Assembly: GCA_963762145.1 (NCBI GenBank)
Contig: CAVXJS010000011.1
Location: 384,001-448,000 of the forward strand
Length of the DNA stretch: 64,000 bases
Source: an uncultured Candidatus Rokubacteria bacterium
GTDB lineage: Bacteria; Methylomirabilota; Methylomirabilia; Rokubacteriales; CSP1-6
Reading direction: 5' to 3'
Part shown: piece after piece, positions 19,523-30,250 of the stretch
Layout: every line of letters begins with the position of its first letter
Numbering within the stretch: position 1 is the first letter of the stretch
Notes under the pieces: model-generated
What the model was told of the DNA's origin: nothing
The model's database searches: none
Seen by the model: only the letters and a program-made list of their open reading frames with translations
Position numbers and translations under genes: made by a program

Positions 19523-21319
19523 TCACGCCTCCTTGTACCAGAAGGGGAGGTGCCAGAAATCGGAGTCCCAGCCGCTCTGGGTCGCCCGGAGCTTGTTGCT
19601 GATCGCGGCCACCCGCGGGCGCCAGGCCACCGGGATCGCCACCACGTTCTTGATCACGAGGTCGTTCATCTGGATGAAGATCGCGGCCCGCTTGACCGGA
19701 TCCATCTCGCTCTCGGTCGCCCGGAAGAGCTTGCCGTACTCCTCGCTCTGCCAGCGCGTGATGTTGCGCCCCTGCCACTTGTTCTCCTTGGTGGAGACCT
19801 CCCAGGGGGTGAACTGCAGCATGAAGGTCTGCGGGTCCGGCACGGTCTGGGTGACCGTGTACATCTGGATGTCGGTGTAGAAGTGCGGGTAGGTGTCCGG
19901 GTTGGCCGGATCGGACGAGAAGTACACCGACGCGGTCACCGACTTGATCTCGATCTCGATGCCCGCCTTGGCCGCGGCCTGCTTGACGATGGCCTGGGTC
20001 TTCTGGCGGGGAGCGTTGATCGAGGTCTGGTACACGATCTTGAGCTTCTTGCCGTCCTTGGCCCGGACCCCGTCGGCGCCCTTCTTCCAGCCCGCGGCCT
20101 CCAGGATCTGGTTGGCCTTGTCCACGTTGAACTCCCACTTCGTGTTCTTGGACGCGAAGCGGGCGGGCGCGTTCAGGAAGTTCGCGGTGGTGATCGCGGT
20201 GCGCCCGTAGATCTGCTCCTGGATCGAGGCCCGGTCCACCAGCAGGCTGAGCGCCTGGCGCACCGCGGGGTCGGTCAGGAAGGGGTGCTTGGTCTTGAGG
20301 CTGGAGCGCTCGCCGTCCACCTCGGTCCACGGGTCGGTGTTGTTGAGCTGGATGTGCTCCATGTTGCCGCCGGTGACCATGTCGGCCTTGCCGCGGCCGT
20401 TCTGCTCGAAGCGCAGGAGGATCTCGTCCTCCACCTGCATGTTCCAGGCGTAGTCGTACTCGCCGGTCTGCATGACCGCCCGCGCGGCCGAGACCGCGTC
20501 GCCGCCGCCCTTCATCTCGATCGAGTCGAAGAACGGCCGGTTCGCGACGTGGTAGTTGGGGTTGATGTCGCCCCGCACGATGTCGCCCGGCTTGAAGTCC
20601 ACGAACTTGTACGGACCGGTGCCGACCGGCTTGAGGTTGTTCGGCGCCTCGCGCGACTTCTCGCCCTTGTAGGCCTCGAAGAGGTGCTTCGGGATGATCA
20701 TCCCGTCCACGCCGCAGAAGGCCTCACCCCAGAACGGGACCGGCTTCTTGAAGACGAGCCGCACGGTGTGGGGGTCCAGCACGTCGATCTTCTCGATGTC
20801 GGTGTACGAGCCGATCGTCCGCGCCGCGGTCTTGGGATCGCGCACGAACTCCCAGTTGAACACCACGTCGTCGGCGGTGAAGGGCTTGCCGTCGTGCCAG
20901 GTGACGCCCTTCTTGAGCTTCCAGGTCACGGAGCGGCCGTCGCGGGCGACGCCCCCGTTCTGAACCGACGGGATCTCGGCGGCGAGCACCGGGAAGAGGT
21001 TGCCCTCCGGATCGTAGGCCGCGAGCGGCTCGTAGAAGATCCGCGAGCCGTCCTGGTCCTTGGTGCCGGTGGCGAAGTGCGGGTTGAGGAGCGTCGGGGC
21101 CTGCCACCACAGCACCTTGAGCTGGCCGCCGCCCCCGCGCTTGGTCGGCGTGAACATCCCGCCCTTCGGCTGCGCCTGCGCGACCCCCGCGGAGGCGAGC
21201 ATCTGCGCGGCCAGCGGGGCGGTCAGCCCGAGCGCCATCATGCCCTGTACGAACTCCCGACGGCTCAAGCTCCCGGCCTTGACTCGGCCGATCATGTCCC
21301 TCAGTTCACGCTCTTGCAT
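19523..21319 (-). CDS. Family 5 ABC substrate-binding protein, Tat signal
   Basis: SRREFV twin-arginine; GVTWHDGKPFTADDV; GTGPY. Confidence 0.9.
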   Translation of the reverse strand: MQERELRDMIGRVKAGSLSRREFVQGMMALGLTAPLAAQMLASAGVAQAQPKGGMFTPTKRGGGGQLKVLWWQAPTLLNPHFATGTKDQDGSRIFYEPLAAYDPEGNLFPVLAAEIPSVQNGGVARDGRSVTWKLKKGVTWHDGKPFTADDVVFNWEFVRDPKTAARTIGSYTDIEKIDVLDPHTVRLVFKKPVPFWGEAFCGVDGMIIPKHLFEAYKGEKSREAPNNLKPVGTGPYKFVDFKPGDIVRGDINPNYHVANRPFFDSIEMKGGGDAVSAARAVMQTGEYDYAWNMQVEDEILLRFEQNGRGKADMVTGGNMEHIQLNNTDPWTEVDGERSSLKTKHPFLTDPAVRQALSLLVDRASIQEQIYGRTAITTANFLNAPARFASKNTKWEFNVDKANQILEAAGWKKGADGVRAKDGKKLKIVYQTSINAPRQKTQAIVKQAAAKAGIEIEIKSVTASVYFSSDPANPDTYPHFYTDIQMYTVTQTVPDPQTFMLQFTPWEVSTKENKWQGRNITRWQSEEYGKLFRATESEMDPVKRAAIFIQMNDLVIKNVVAIPVAWRPRVAAISNKLRATQSGWDSDFWHLPFWYKEA

Positions 21320-21418
21320 GGATGGTCCTCCCTGGGTAGGTCGACGATGACCGGTTGGATGGCCTCTTATACGGCTTCACCGGCAAAACTGTCAAGTTCG
21401 CCGCCGGGTTCCGGCCGG

Positions 21419-23218
21419 TCACGACTGCTTGTACCAGTAGGGTAGGCGCCAGAACGTGGAGTCCCACCCGGTCAGGTCCATGCCCTGCAGCGCGTTGGCC
21501 GCGCCCGAGACGCCGTTGCGCCACAGGACCGGGATCACCACCGCGTTGGTGATCACGATGTCGTTCATCTTGATGAACAGCGCCGCGCGCTTGACCGGAT
21601 CGAGCTCGCTGTCCGCCGCGTTGTAGGTGCGGTCGTACTCGTCGTTGCGGAAGCGGGTGATGTTCCGGCCCTGCCACTTGTTGGCCTTCTGGGAGGCCTC
21701 CCAGGAGCAGAACTGGTTCATGAAGTACTGCGGGTCCGGCGCGGTCATGGTGGTGTTGTACATCTGCAGATCGGCGTAGAAGTGCGGGTAGGTATCAGGG
21801 TTCGCGGGGTCCGACGAGAAGAAGACCGAGGCCACCACCGACTTGATCTCGATCTCGATGCCGGCCTTGGCCGCCGCCTGCTTGACGATGGCCTGGTTCT
21901 TCTGGCGGGGGGCGTTGATCGACGTCTGGAACAGGAACTTGAGCCGCTTGCCGTCCTTGGCCCGGATCCCGTCGGCGCCGCGCTTCCAGCCCGCCGCGTC
22001 GAGGACCTGGTTGGCCTTGTCCACGCTGAATTCCCAGCGCGTGTTTTTCGAGAAGAAGCGGGACGGTGCGTTGAGGAAGTTGGCGCTGGTCTGCCCGCCG
22101 CGCCCGTAGATCTCCTCCTGGACCGCGGCGCGGTCCACGAGCAGGGTCAGGGCCTGGCGGACCGCCGGGTCCGAGAGGACCGGGTGGGTCGTCTTGATGC
22201 TGGAGCGCTCGCCGTCCACCTCGGTCCACGGGTCGGTGAAGTTGCACTGCATGTGCTCCGGGTTCCCGGTGGGCCAGAGGTTGACGCGCCCCTTGCCGCC
22301 CTGCTCCATCCGGCGCAGGATGTCGTCCTCCACCTGCAGGTTCCAGGCGTAGTCGTACTCCCCGGTCTGCAGCACCGCGCGCGCGGCGGACACCGCGTCG
22401 CCTCCGCCCTTCATCTCGATGGCGTCGAAGAACGGGCGGTTGGCCACGTGGTAGGCGGGGTTCGCCTCGCCGCGCACGATGTCGCCCGGCTTGAAGTCGG
22501 TGAGCCGGTAGGGACCGGTGCCGACCGGCTTCAGGTTGGCGGGCGCCTCGCGGCTCTTCGCGCCCTTGAACGCGTCGAACACGTGCTTGGGCAGGATGGA
22601 GCCCCGCGTGCCGCAGAACGGGTCGGCCCAGAACGGCTGAGGCTTGGCGAAGGTGAGCTTGACGGTGTGGCTGTCCACCTTCTCGATCTTCGAGATCTCC
22701 CGGTAGGAGCCGCTGCTCACCGCGGCGGTGGCCGGGTCCGAGGCGAACTCGTAGGTGAAGATCACGTCGTCGGCGGTGAGCGGCTTGCCGTCGTGCCAGG
22801 TCACGCCTTTCTTGAGGCGCCACGTGACCGAGGTGAGATCGCGGGAGAGCCCGCCGTTCTGGATGGTCGGGGCCTCCGCGGCCAGGATCGGGATCAGGTT
22901 GCCGTCGGGATCGAAGCCGCCCAGGGGCTCGTAGAAGATGCGCGAGGCATCCTGGTCCTTGGTGCCGGTGGCGAAGTGCGGATTCAGGAGGGTGGGAGCC
23001 TGCCACCACAGCGTCTTGAGCAGCCCACCGCCGCCCCGCTTGGTCGGGGTGAAGGCCGGCGCCTTGGGCTGGGCCTGGGCGATCCCGGCCGAGGCCAGCA
23101 TCTGGGCGGCCAGGGGCGCGGTGAGGCCGAGCCCGATCATCGTCTGTACGAAGGCGCGGCGGCTCAGGCGGCCCGCCTTCACTTCGGAGATCATTCCGCG
23201 GAGCGCATGCTCGTCCAT
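21419..23218 (-). CDS. Family 5 ABC substrate-binding protein, tandem paralog, Tat signal
   Basis: Start MDEHALR; SRRAFV; long blocks identical to 19523..21319. Confidence 0.9.
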   Translation of the reverse strand: MDEHALRGMISEVKAGRLSRRAFVQTMIGLGLTAPLAAQMLASAGIAQAQPKAPAFTPTKRGGGGLLKTLWWQAPTLLNPHFATGTKDQDASRIFYEPLGGFDPDGNLIPILAAEAPTIQNGGLSRDLTSVTWRLKKGVTWHDGKPLTADDVIFTYEFASDPATAAVSSGSYREISKIEKVDSHTVKLTFAKPQPFWADPFCGTRGSILPKHVFDAFKGAKSREAPANLKPVGTGPYRLTDFKPGDIVRGEANPAYHVANRPFFDAIEMKGGGDAVSAARAVLQTGEYDYAWNLQVEDDILRRMEQGGKGRVNLWPTGNPEHMQCNFTDPWTEVDGERSSIKTTHPVLSDPAVRQALTLLVDRAAVQEEIYGRGGQTSANFLNAPSRFFSKNTRWEFSVDKANQVLDAAGWKRGADGIRAKDGKRLKFLFQTSINAPRQKNQAIVKQAAAKAGIEIEIKSVVASVFFSSDPANPDTYPHFYADLQMYNTTMTAPDPQYFMNQFCSWEASQKANKWQGRNITRFRNDEYDRTYNAADSELDPVKRAALFIKMNDIVITNAVVIPVLWRNGVSGAANALQGMDLTGWDSTFWRLPYWYKQS

Positions 23219-23229
23219 GGGAATCCTCG

Positions 23230-24276
23230 TCAGGGGTTGGAGGGTTTCGGGCTCAGCATGCGGACGGCCACGTCGATGGCCTCGAGCATGCTCTCGGGAT
23301 TGGCGATGCCCTTCCAGGCGCGGTCGAACGCGGTGCCGTGGTCCACCGACACGCGCAGGAACGGCAGGCCGACGGTGACGTTGACGCCGGAGAGGCCGGT
23401 CCAGGTGCCGGTCTGCTCGTCGTAGTTGAAGCCGAGGGTCTTCACCGGCACGTGGCCCTGGTCGTGGTACATCGCGATCACGATGTCGAACTCGCCGCCG
23501 CGCGCGCGCGAGAACAGGGTGTCGGCGGGCAGGGGGCCGTACACGTCGAGCCCCTCGCGCCGCGCGTCCTCCACCGCCGGGATGATCTGGGTCTTCTCCT
23601 CGTCGCCGAAGAGGCCGTCCTCGCCCGCGTGTGGGTTGAGGCCGCACACCGCGATCCGCGCCCGGGGCCGACCGAGGCCGGTCATGGTCTGCTGCGCGAG
23701 CCGGATGACCCGGCCCACCCGCTCGCGCGTCACCAGGTCGGGGACGCGGCGGAGCGCCACGTGCGTGGTGACGTGGATGACCTTGAGCTCCTTGCCCATC
23801 AGGAGCATCGCGAAGTCCTTCGTGCCGGTGAGGCGGGCCAGGATCTCGGTGTGTCCCGAGTGCTGGACGCCCGCGGCGGCGAGCGCCTCCTTGTTGACCG
23901 GCGCGGTCACCATGCCGTCGATCGCGCCGGCCTGGCAGAGCCGGACGCCGGTCTCGATGTAGGCGTAGGCGGCGCGCCCCGCCTCGGCGCTCACCGCGGA
24001 CTTGGGCAGCGTGGCGCAGTCCACGTTCGCGAGGTCGAAGCACTCGAGCCGGCCCGGCTCGAACGTGCACTCGGCCACCGACTTCACCGCGTGCAGGGCG
24101 AGCGGGGAGCGCAGGAGCGCCAGCGTCGCCGCCATCACCGAGCGGTCGCCGATCACGACCGGCCGGCAGGCGGCGGTGACCTCGGGGTGCGCCAGGGCCT
24201 TGGCGGTGATCTCGGGCCCGACGCCGGCGGGGTCGCCCATGGTGATGCCGAGCACGGGAAGGCGGGCGGTGGTCAC
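23230..24276 (-). CDS. pdxA: PdxA-family dehydrogenase (PdxA2-type by context)
   Basis: GDPAGVGPE, GHTE, NPHAGE, MYHDQG, RVSVDHGTA; overlaps the kinase gene. Confidence 0.88.
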   Translation of the reverse strand: MTTARLPVLGITMGDPAGVGPEITAKALAHPEVTAACRPVVIGDRSVMAATLALLRSPLALHAVKSVAECTFEPGRLECFDLANVDCATLPKSAVSAEAGRAAYAYIETGVRLCQAGAIDGMVTAPVNKEALAAAGVQHSGHTEILARLTGTKDFAMLLMGKELKVIHVTTHVALRRVPDLVTRERVGRVIRLAQQTMTGLGRPRARIAVCGLNPHAGEDGLFGDEEKTQIIPAVEDARREGLDVYGPLPADTLFSRARGGEFDIVIAMYHDQGHVPVKTLGFNYDEQTGTWTGLSGVNVTVGLPFLRVSVDHGTAFDRAWKGIANPESMLEAIDVAVRMLSPKPSNP

Positions 24277-25472
24277 GGGGTTTCTCCCAGGATCGTGGCG
24301 AGGAGATCGGCGGCGCCGAATCCGCCCGCCTTGGTGAGCAGCGCGAGGGAGCGGCCGTCGTCCCGCAGGACGAGGCGCCCGAGGGCCAGTCCGTCCGCGG
24401 GAGCGCCGGTCAGGTCGAATCGCCGCGGCCGGAGCGCGCGGAGGAGCGCGTAGGCGGTGTCGCCCCCGGTGACCACGACGAGATCCGGGGTGGCGCGCTC
24501 GAGGATCCGGGCGGCCGCCGCGGCCAGGTGGCGGGCGATCGTCTCGCGGTCCGCCGGCGTGGTCGCGCTGGCCACGACCGCGCCCCGTCCGCCCGCGAGC
24601 GCGGCCACCGCGGGCGCGGGATCGTCGTGGCCCCGCACGTCCGCGGTGACGAGCGGGACGCCCGCGGCGCGCAGGGCCTCGAGCTGGGCGCGGCTCGCGG
24701 GGTGGAGGCTCCCGACGATCACGAGGCGCGCGCGGCCCGGCGGCAGCGCGACGGCGGGCGCCTCGCACCCGAGCGCGCGGCTCAGCGCGCGCCCGAGGCC
24801 GGCCGATCCCGCGATCAGCGTGCCGGGCGCGGCGAGGGCGGCCTCCGCGAGGGTCGCGAGGTCGTCGTCGGTCTCCGCGTCGGCGGCCACGAGGGCGCCC
24901 CGGTGACGCTCGAGCAGGTGCGCGACCTTCAGGGCGCCCGCGCGGACGTCGTCGAGCCCGAGCGTGACCGCGGGGGCGCCGCCCGCGAGCAGCGCGGCCA
25001 CGTCGGCGGTGGCGCCGCGGAACGCGGGGTCGCGGGCGATCGCCGATTCGTGCACGGGAACGGAGTCGACCAGGAGACGGCCGTGCCGGACGACGCGGCG
25101 CTGGGCCGGGAAGGAAGGGCACACGAGTGCGCCGGTGAACGGCGGGCCGTGCTCGAGCAGCGCGGTCAGCTCGACGCCGGCCGCCCCCCGCAGGGTGGAG
25201 TCGATCTTCTTGAACACGCGGCCCTCGGCGAGCCGCCGGCCCAGGGATCGCGCCGCGGCGTGAATCGCGTCGGTGGCCTCCCGGGAGGCCAGGGCGCGGC
25301 TCTCGGTGTCGATCGCGATCACCGGCATCGAGCTCGAGTCGTCGGGGCCGGTGAGCGCGGGAGCGGCCAGGACGCCGACCGGCCCGGGGCCCGCGAAGAG
25401 GCAGCCCGTATCGCAGGCGCCGGTCAGGTCATCGGCGATGATCGTGACCACCTGGGATGCCGTTGCCGCCAT
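24273..25472 (-). CDS. Four-carbon acid sugar kinase family (DUF1537)
   Basis: ADDLTGA, KKIDSTLRG, TGGDT, KAGGFG. Confidence 0.88.
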   Translation of the reverse strand: MAATASQVVTIIADDLTGACDTGCLFAGPGPVGVLAAPALTGPDDSSSMPVIAIDTESRALASREATDAIHAAARSLGRRLAEGRVFKKIDSTLRGAAGVELTALLEHGPPFTGALVCPSFPAQRRVVRHGRLLVDSVPVHESAIARDPAFRGATADVAALLAGGAPAVTLGLDDVRAGALKVAHLLERHRGALVAADAETDDDLATLAEAALAAPGTLIAGSAGLGRALSRALGCEAPAVALPPGRARLVIVGSLHPASRAQLEALRAAGVPLVTADVRGHDDPAPAVAALAGGRGAVVASATTPADRETIARHLAAAAARILERATPDLVVVTGGDTAYALLRALRPRRFDLTGAPADGLALGRLVLRDDGRSLALLTKAGGFGAADLLATILGETP

Positions 25473-25558
25473 GCGTGGCTAACCGTATCACAGAACGGCC
25501 CGTTCACGGACCGCGCCCGGGGCAAGGAGGCCGCGGGCCCGGGGTGTATACTCTGCCC

Positions 25559-26089
25559 GTGAAAACCCGCGTCGTGATGGCGCTCCTCGCCCTTGCCGCG
25601 GTGCTGGCGCCCGGCGGGGCCGCGGGAGAAGACCCGGTGGCGGCCCTCTCGCTGATCCGGCCGAAACCGGCCAAGGATGCGCCCGATTTCGACCTCCGGA
25701 CTCCCGACGACCGCGTCGTCCGCCTCGCCGATCTCAAGGGCAAGGTGGTGTTCCTGAACTTCTGGGCCACCTGGTGCGAGCCGTGCCGGGAGGAGATGCC
25801 GGGCATGGAGCGGCTGCACCGGGCCTACAAGGACCGCGGCCTGGTGGTGCTGGCGGTCTCCCTCGACTCGCAGGGCGCAAGCGTGGTGAACCCGTTCGTC
25901 AAGAAATTCGGGCTCACGTTCCCGGTCGCGCTCGATCCCAAGATGGCGGTGCGCGAGCGCTACGGGGTGTGGGCGGTGCCGTCCACCTTCCTGATCGACC
26001 GCAAGGGCAAGCGCGTGCTGTTCGCGAACGGGGCGCGCGAGTGGGACGGCAAGGCTTCTCACGCGGTCATCGAGTCGCTGCTGAAGTGA
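25559..26089 (+). CDS. TlpA/ResA-like thiol-disulfide oxidoreductase
   Basis: LNFWATWCEPCREEMP; N-terminal signal/anchor. Confidence 0.88.
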   Translation: MKTRVVMALLALAAVLAPGGAAGEDPVAALSLIRPKPAKDAPDFDLRTPDDRVVRLADLKGKVVFLNFWATWCEPCREEMPGMERLHRAYKDRGLVVLAVSLDSQGASVVNPFVKKFGLTFPVALDPKMAVRERYGVWAVPSTFLIDRKGKRVLFANGAREWDGKASHAVIESLLK

Positions 26090-26823
26090 GCGAATCGCTC
26101 GGGATCTTCGTCGCGTTCTCGGCGGGCCTCTTCTCGTTCCTGTCTCCGTGCGTGCTGCCGCTCTTCCCGTCGTATCTCTCGTTCATCACCGGCATGTCGG
26201 TGGACCGGCTGACCAACGAGGTGACCGCGGGCGCCCGGACCCGGGTGCTCGTGCACTCGCTCGCCTTCATCCTGGGCTTCAGCGTGGTCTTCGTGAGCCT
26301 GGGCGCGTCGTTCAGCGCGGCGGGCCAGTTCCTGCTCGACTACCGCGAGTGGATCCGCATCGCGGGCGGCGTGCTGATCATCGTGTTCGGGCTCTACATC
26401 GCGGGCGTCCTGCGCATCGGGATCTTCGGCCGCACTCAGCAGCTGCAGATCCAGAGCAAGCCGGCCGGGCTGCTGGGCTCCTTTCTGGTCGGTCTCACGT
26501 TCGCGATCGGCTGGACGCCCTGCGTGGGCCCGATCCTGGGCTCGATCTTGACCCTGGCCAGCAGCGACCGGACGGTCGGTCAGGGCGTGACGCTCCTGCT
26601 CTTCTACTCGGCCGGCCTCGGGCTGCCGTTCCTGCTCTCCTCGGTGGCCCTCGGGGCCTTCCTGCGCTTCTTCAAGCGCTATCGCCCCTTCATCCCGACC
26701 GTGGAGCGCGCGGCGGGAGTCCTGCTGGTGCTCGTCGGGATCCTGGTCGTGACGAACTACTACGTGCTGCTGAACTCGTGGGCGATCAGCCTGACGCCGG
26801 AGTGGTTGCTCAAGCGGCTCTGA
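26086..26823 (+). CDS. ccdA: Cytochrome c biogenesis protein CcdA
   Basis: SPCVLP and WTPCVGP motifs; several TM segments. Confidence 0.88.
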   Translation: MSESLGIFVAFSAGLFSFLSPCVLPLFPSYLSFITGMSVDRLTNEVTAGARTRVLVHSLAFILGFSVVFVSLGASFSAAGQFLLDYREWIRIAGGVLIIVFGLYIAGVLRIGIFGRTQQLQIQSKPAGLLGSFLVGLTFAIGWTPCVGPILGSILTLASSDRTVGQGVTLLLFYSAGLGLPFLLSSVALGAFLRFFKRYRPFIPTVERAAGVLLVLVGILVVTNYYVLLNSWAISLTPEWLLKRL

Positions 26824-27503
26824 CCGCCAGCCCGCCGATCCAGCGGTCGATCTCGTCCTGGACCCGCTCGAAGACCTCCTCCTGCGTGGCCGGTCCCGCG
26901 CTCGGGGCACCTTGAACGAGTGGTCGCCGCCCTCGACGACGTACAGGGTCGCCGTGCCGCCGAGCGAGGCGCAGCGCGGGCCGCAGCTCCTCGGGCGTGC
27001 CGAAGGCATCGCGCGAGCCCTGCACGATCAGCAGCGGCTGGCGGATCCGCGCCAGGTGCTCGGCCCGAAGCTGCTCCGGCCGGCCGGGCGGGTGCAGGGG
27101 ATAGCCCAGCGCCACGAGCCCCGCCAGGTCCGGGAGGCCCTGGGCCGCCAGGTGCGAGGCCATGCGGCCGCCCATGGACTTGCCGCCGATCACGAGCGGG
27201 GCCGCCGCGAGATCGGGTCGGGCGCGGATGGCGGTGATGACGTCGCGGAAGCAGGCCTCGAGGGTGGGGGCGCGGTCGGGCAGGCGCCGGCCCTGCTCGG
27301 TGTACGGGAAATTGAACGTCACGGCGTGGCAGCCGCGCCGGGCGAGGGCCAGGGCGAAGGCCACCATGAAGGCGCTCGACTGCGGCGCCCCCGCGCCGTG
27401 GGCCAGGATGAGGGTGGCGAGGGCGCGCGACGGGTCGGGGGGGCGGATACACGAGCGCGGTCACCGTCCCCGAGGCGACGGTGACGCGGACCGACTCGGC
27501 CAG
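26810..27503 (-). CDS. Alpha/beta hydrolase (KANL3/Tex30-like), frameshifted
   Basis: LAHGAGA, GGKSMGGR, GYPLHP and GGDHSF spread across frames; start approximate. Confidence 0.75.
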
Positions 27504-27518
27504 GACCGGTCCTCCGCC

Positions 27519-28914
27519 TCAGCCGCCGAGGAGATGCTCGGCGGCCTCCATCAGACTCTCGGACAGGGTGGGGTGCGCGTGGATGGTCACGGCCAGATCT
27601 TCGACCAGCGCGGCGGTCTCCACCGCCAGCGCGGCCTCGGCGATCAGCTCGCCCGCGCCGGGCCCGACGATGCCGACGCCACATACCCGCCCGGATGCCG
27701 CATCGGCGACGAGCTTGGTGAGCCCGTCCGCCCGGCCGAGTGTCGCCGCTCGACCTGATGCCGCCCACTGGAATTTCGCCACCTTGACCGATAGCCCCTG
27801 AGCTTTGGCCTGAGCCTCGCTCAGCCCGCACCAGGCAATCTCCGGGTCGGTGAAGACCACCGCCGGGATCGCCACGTTGTCGAACGCGGCGGGCCGTCCG
27901 GCCAGCACCTCCGCGGCGACCTTGCCCTGCCGCATCGCGCGGTGGGCGAGCATCGGCTCGCCGGTGACGTCACCGACCGCGTAGATGCGCGGGTCCTCGG
28001 TGCGGCAGCGCTCGTCCACCTGGATGAAGCGGCCGTGCTCGGTGAGCCGGACGCGGGTGGCCTCGAGGCCGAGGCCGTCGCTCTGGGCGCGCCGGCCCAC
28101 CGCCACCAGCACCCGGTCGAACCGCTCCGTGCCCCGACCCTCGAGATCGGCCTCGATCTCCGAGCCGAGCTCCCGGAGGCCGGCCACCCTGGTCGCGAGG
28201 TGGATCGTGCTGAAGATCTGCGTGACTCGCCGCTGGAGCGGCTGGACGAGGTCACGATCCACGCCGGGCAGCAGGCCGTCCGTCATCTCGACCAGGGTCA
28301 CACGGCTGCCCAGCATCGCGTAGACCGTGCCCAGCTCGAGGCCGATGTACCCGCCGCCGATCACGAGCAGCCGCTCCGGGATGTCGGGAAGCTCGAGCGC
28401 GGACGTGGAGTCCATGATCCGCTCGCTCTCGATCGTGAGGCCGGGCAGGCCGCTCGGACGTGAGCCGGTGGCCACGATCGCGTGCTTGAAGCGGACCTTC
28501 CGGAGCGTCTCGCCGGCCTCGATCCGCAGCGTGCTCGAGTCCTCGAAGATGCCCCGCCCCCCGATGACCTCGACCCCCTTGGCCTTCGCCACCGAGGCGA
28601 GCCCCCGCGCCAGCTTGCCGACGACCCGCTCCTGCTTCCACTTCCGCAGGGGGTCGAGCGAGATGCGCGGCTCGCCGAAGTCCACCCCGAACTCCTTCGC
28701 GCGCTCGGCCTCGCTCAGGACCGCGGCCACGTGCAGGAGGGCCTTGCTGGGGATGCAGCCCTCGAACAGGCATGCCCCGCCGAGGCGCTGCCGCCGCGTC
28801 GATCACCACGGTCTCGAGGCCGAGCTCGGCGCAGCGGAAGGCGGCGGAGTAGCCGCCCGGGCCGCCGCCCAGCACGGCCACGTCCACCTCGTCCACCAGC
28901 TCGCCCATGACCAT
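27519..28914 (-). CDS. lpdA: Dihydrolipoyl dehydrogenase E3 (frameshift near 28790)
   Basis: GGGPGGY, CLFEGCIPSK, GGGYIGLE, HAHPTLSE. Confidence 0.9.
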
Positions 28915-28917
28915 CGC

Positions 28918-30236
28918 TCAGCCCTCCCAGAGGAGCCGCTCGGGCGCCTCGAGGAGCTGCACGATCTCGGTCGCGAAGCGGGCGCCGTCGGCACCGTCGG
29001 CGACGCGATGGTCGAAGGTGAGGGTGAGCGGCAGCATGAGGCGCGGCACGATCTGGCCCTGCCGCACCACCGCCTCCTGGCGGGCGCGCGCCACGCCGAG
29101 GATGGCGACCTCGGGGTAGTTGATGATGGGGATCGCGGCGGTGCCGCCCAGGGCCCCGATATTGGTGATCGTGAAGGTGCCGCCGCGCAGGTCGTCGAGG
29201 GTGGCCTTGCCGTCGCGGACGCGCTGGGCCAGGGCGCCCAGCTCCCGGCCGATCTCCAGCACCGGCTTGCGATCGATGTCGCGCAGCACCGGCACGATGA
29301 GGCCGCGCTCGGTCGCCACCGCCACGCCGAGGTGGTAATAGCGCTTGAGCACCAGCTCACCCGCGCCGGGATCGAGGCTCGCGTTGAAGGTGGGATGGCG
29401 CAGCCAGGGCGAGCGCCGCCGCCTTCAGCAGGAACGCGGTCAAGGTGAGCGTCACACCCTTGGCCCGTGCGCGCCTCGAGGTTCCGGGCGATGATCGCGT
29501 CCAGGTCGGTGATGTCGGCGCGGTCGAAATGGGTGACGTGGGGAATCAGGGTCGCCGAGAGGGTCATGCGCTCGGCGATGGTGCGGCGCAGGTGCGAGAG
29601 CGGCGCGCGCTCCACCGGGCCCCACTGCTCGAAGCGCGGCAGCGGCGGGGTCTCGAGGCCTACGGTGGCCAGCGGCTTGGCGGGACCCGGCGGCGCGGCG
29701 GCCTTCGCGGCTGGCGCGGGAGCTGCGGCGCCCGGCGGAGTGGCCGCCGCGGCACGCACGTCCTCGTCGAGCACGCGGCCGCCCGGGCCGGTGCCGCGCA
29801 CCGCCTTGAGATCCACGCCCAGCTCGCGAGCCAGGCGCCGCGTGGCCGGCGTCGCGGGCGTCGGGCCTTCCGTGCGCGGGGCGGCCGCGGGAGCCGTCGC
29901 CGGGGCAGCGGCCGTCCGCGTGGCAGCCGCGGGCATCGGCGCCTTGGCCGGCGGCGTCGCGGGTGCGCTCCGGGTCGGTGCGGGCGCGCGCCGGCCGGGG
30001 CGCCATCGGCGAACGTGACGAGCGGCGCGCCGACCTTGACGCGTCTGGCCGGGCGCCACGTGGATCTTCTCCACCCGCCCGCCAATGGGCGAGGGAATCT
30101 CGACCTGCGCCTTGTCGGTCTCGACCTCGAGGAGCGGGGCGTCTTCCGCGATGACGTCGCCCTCACGCACGAGGACCGCGACGATCTCGGCCTCCGTCAA
30201 GCCTTCTCCTAGGTCAGGGAGGCTAAACGTCCGCAT
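28918..30236 (-). CDS. 2-oxoacid dehydrogenase E2 acyltransferase (several frameshifts)
   Basis: Lipoyl domain ETDKA, E3-binding GTGPGGRV, catalytic DHRVADG. Confidence 0.88.
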
Positions 30237-30250
30237 TTATTATATCCGCA

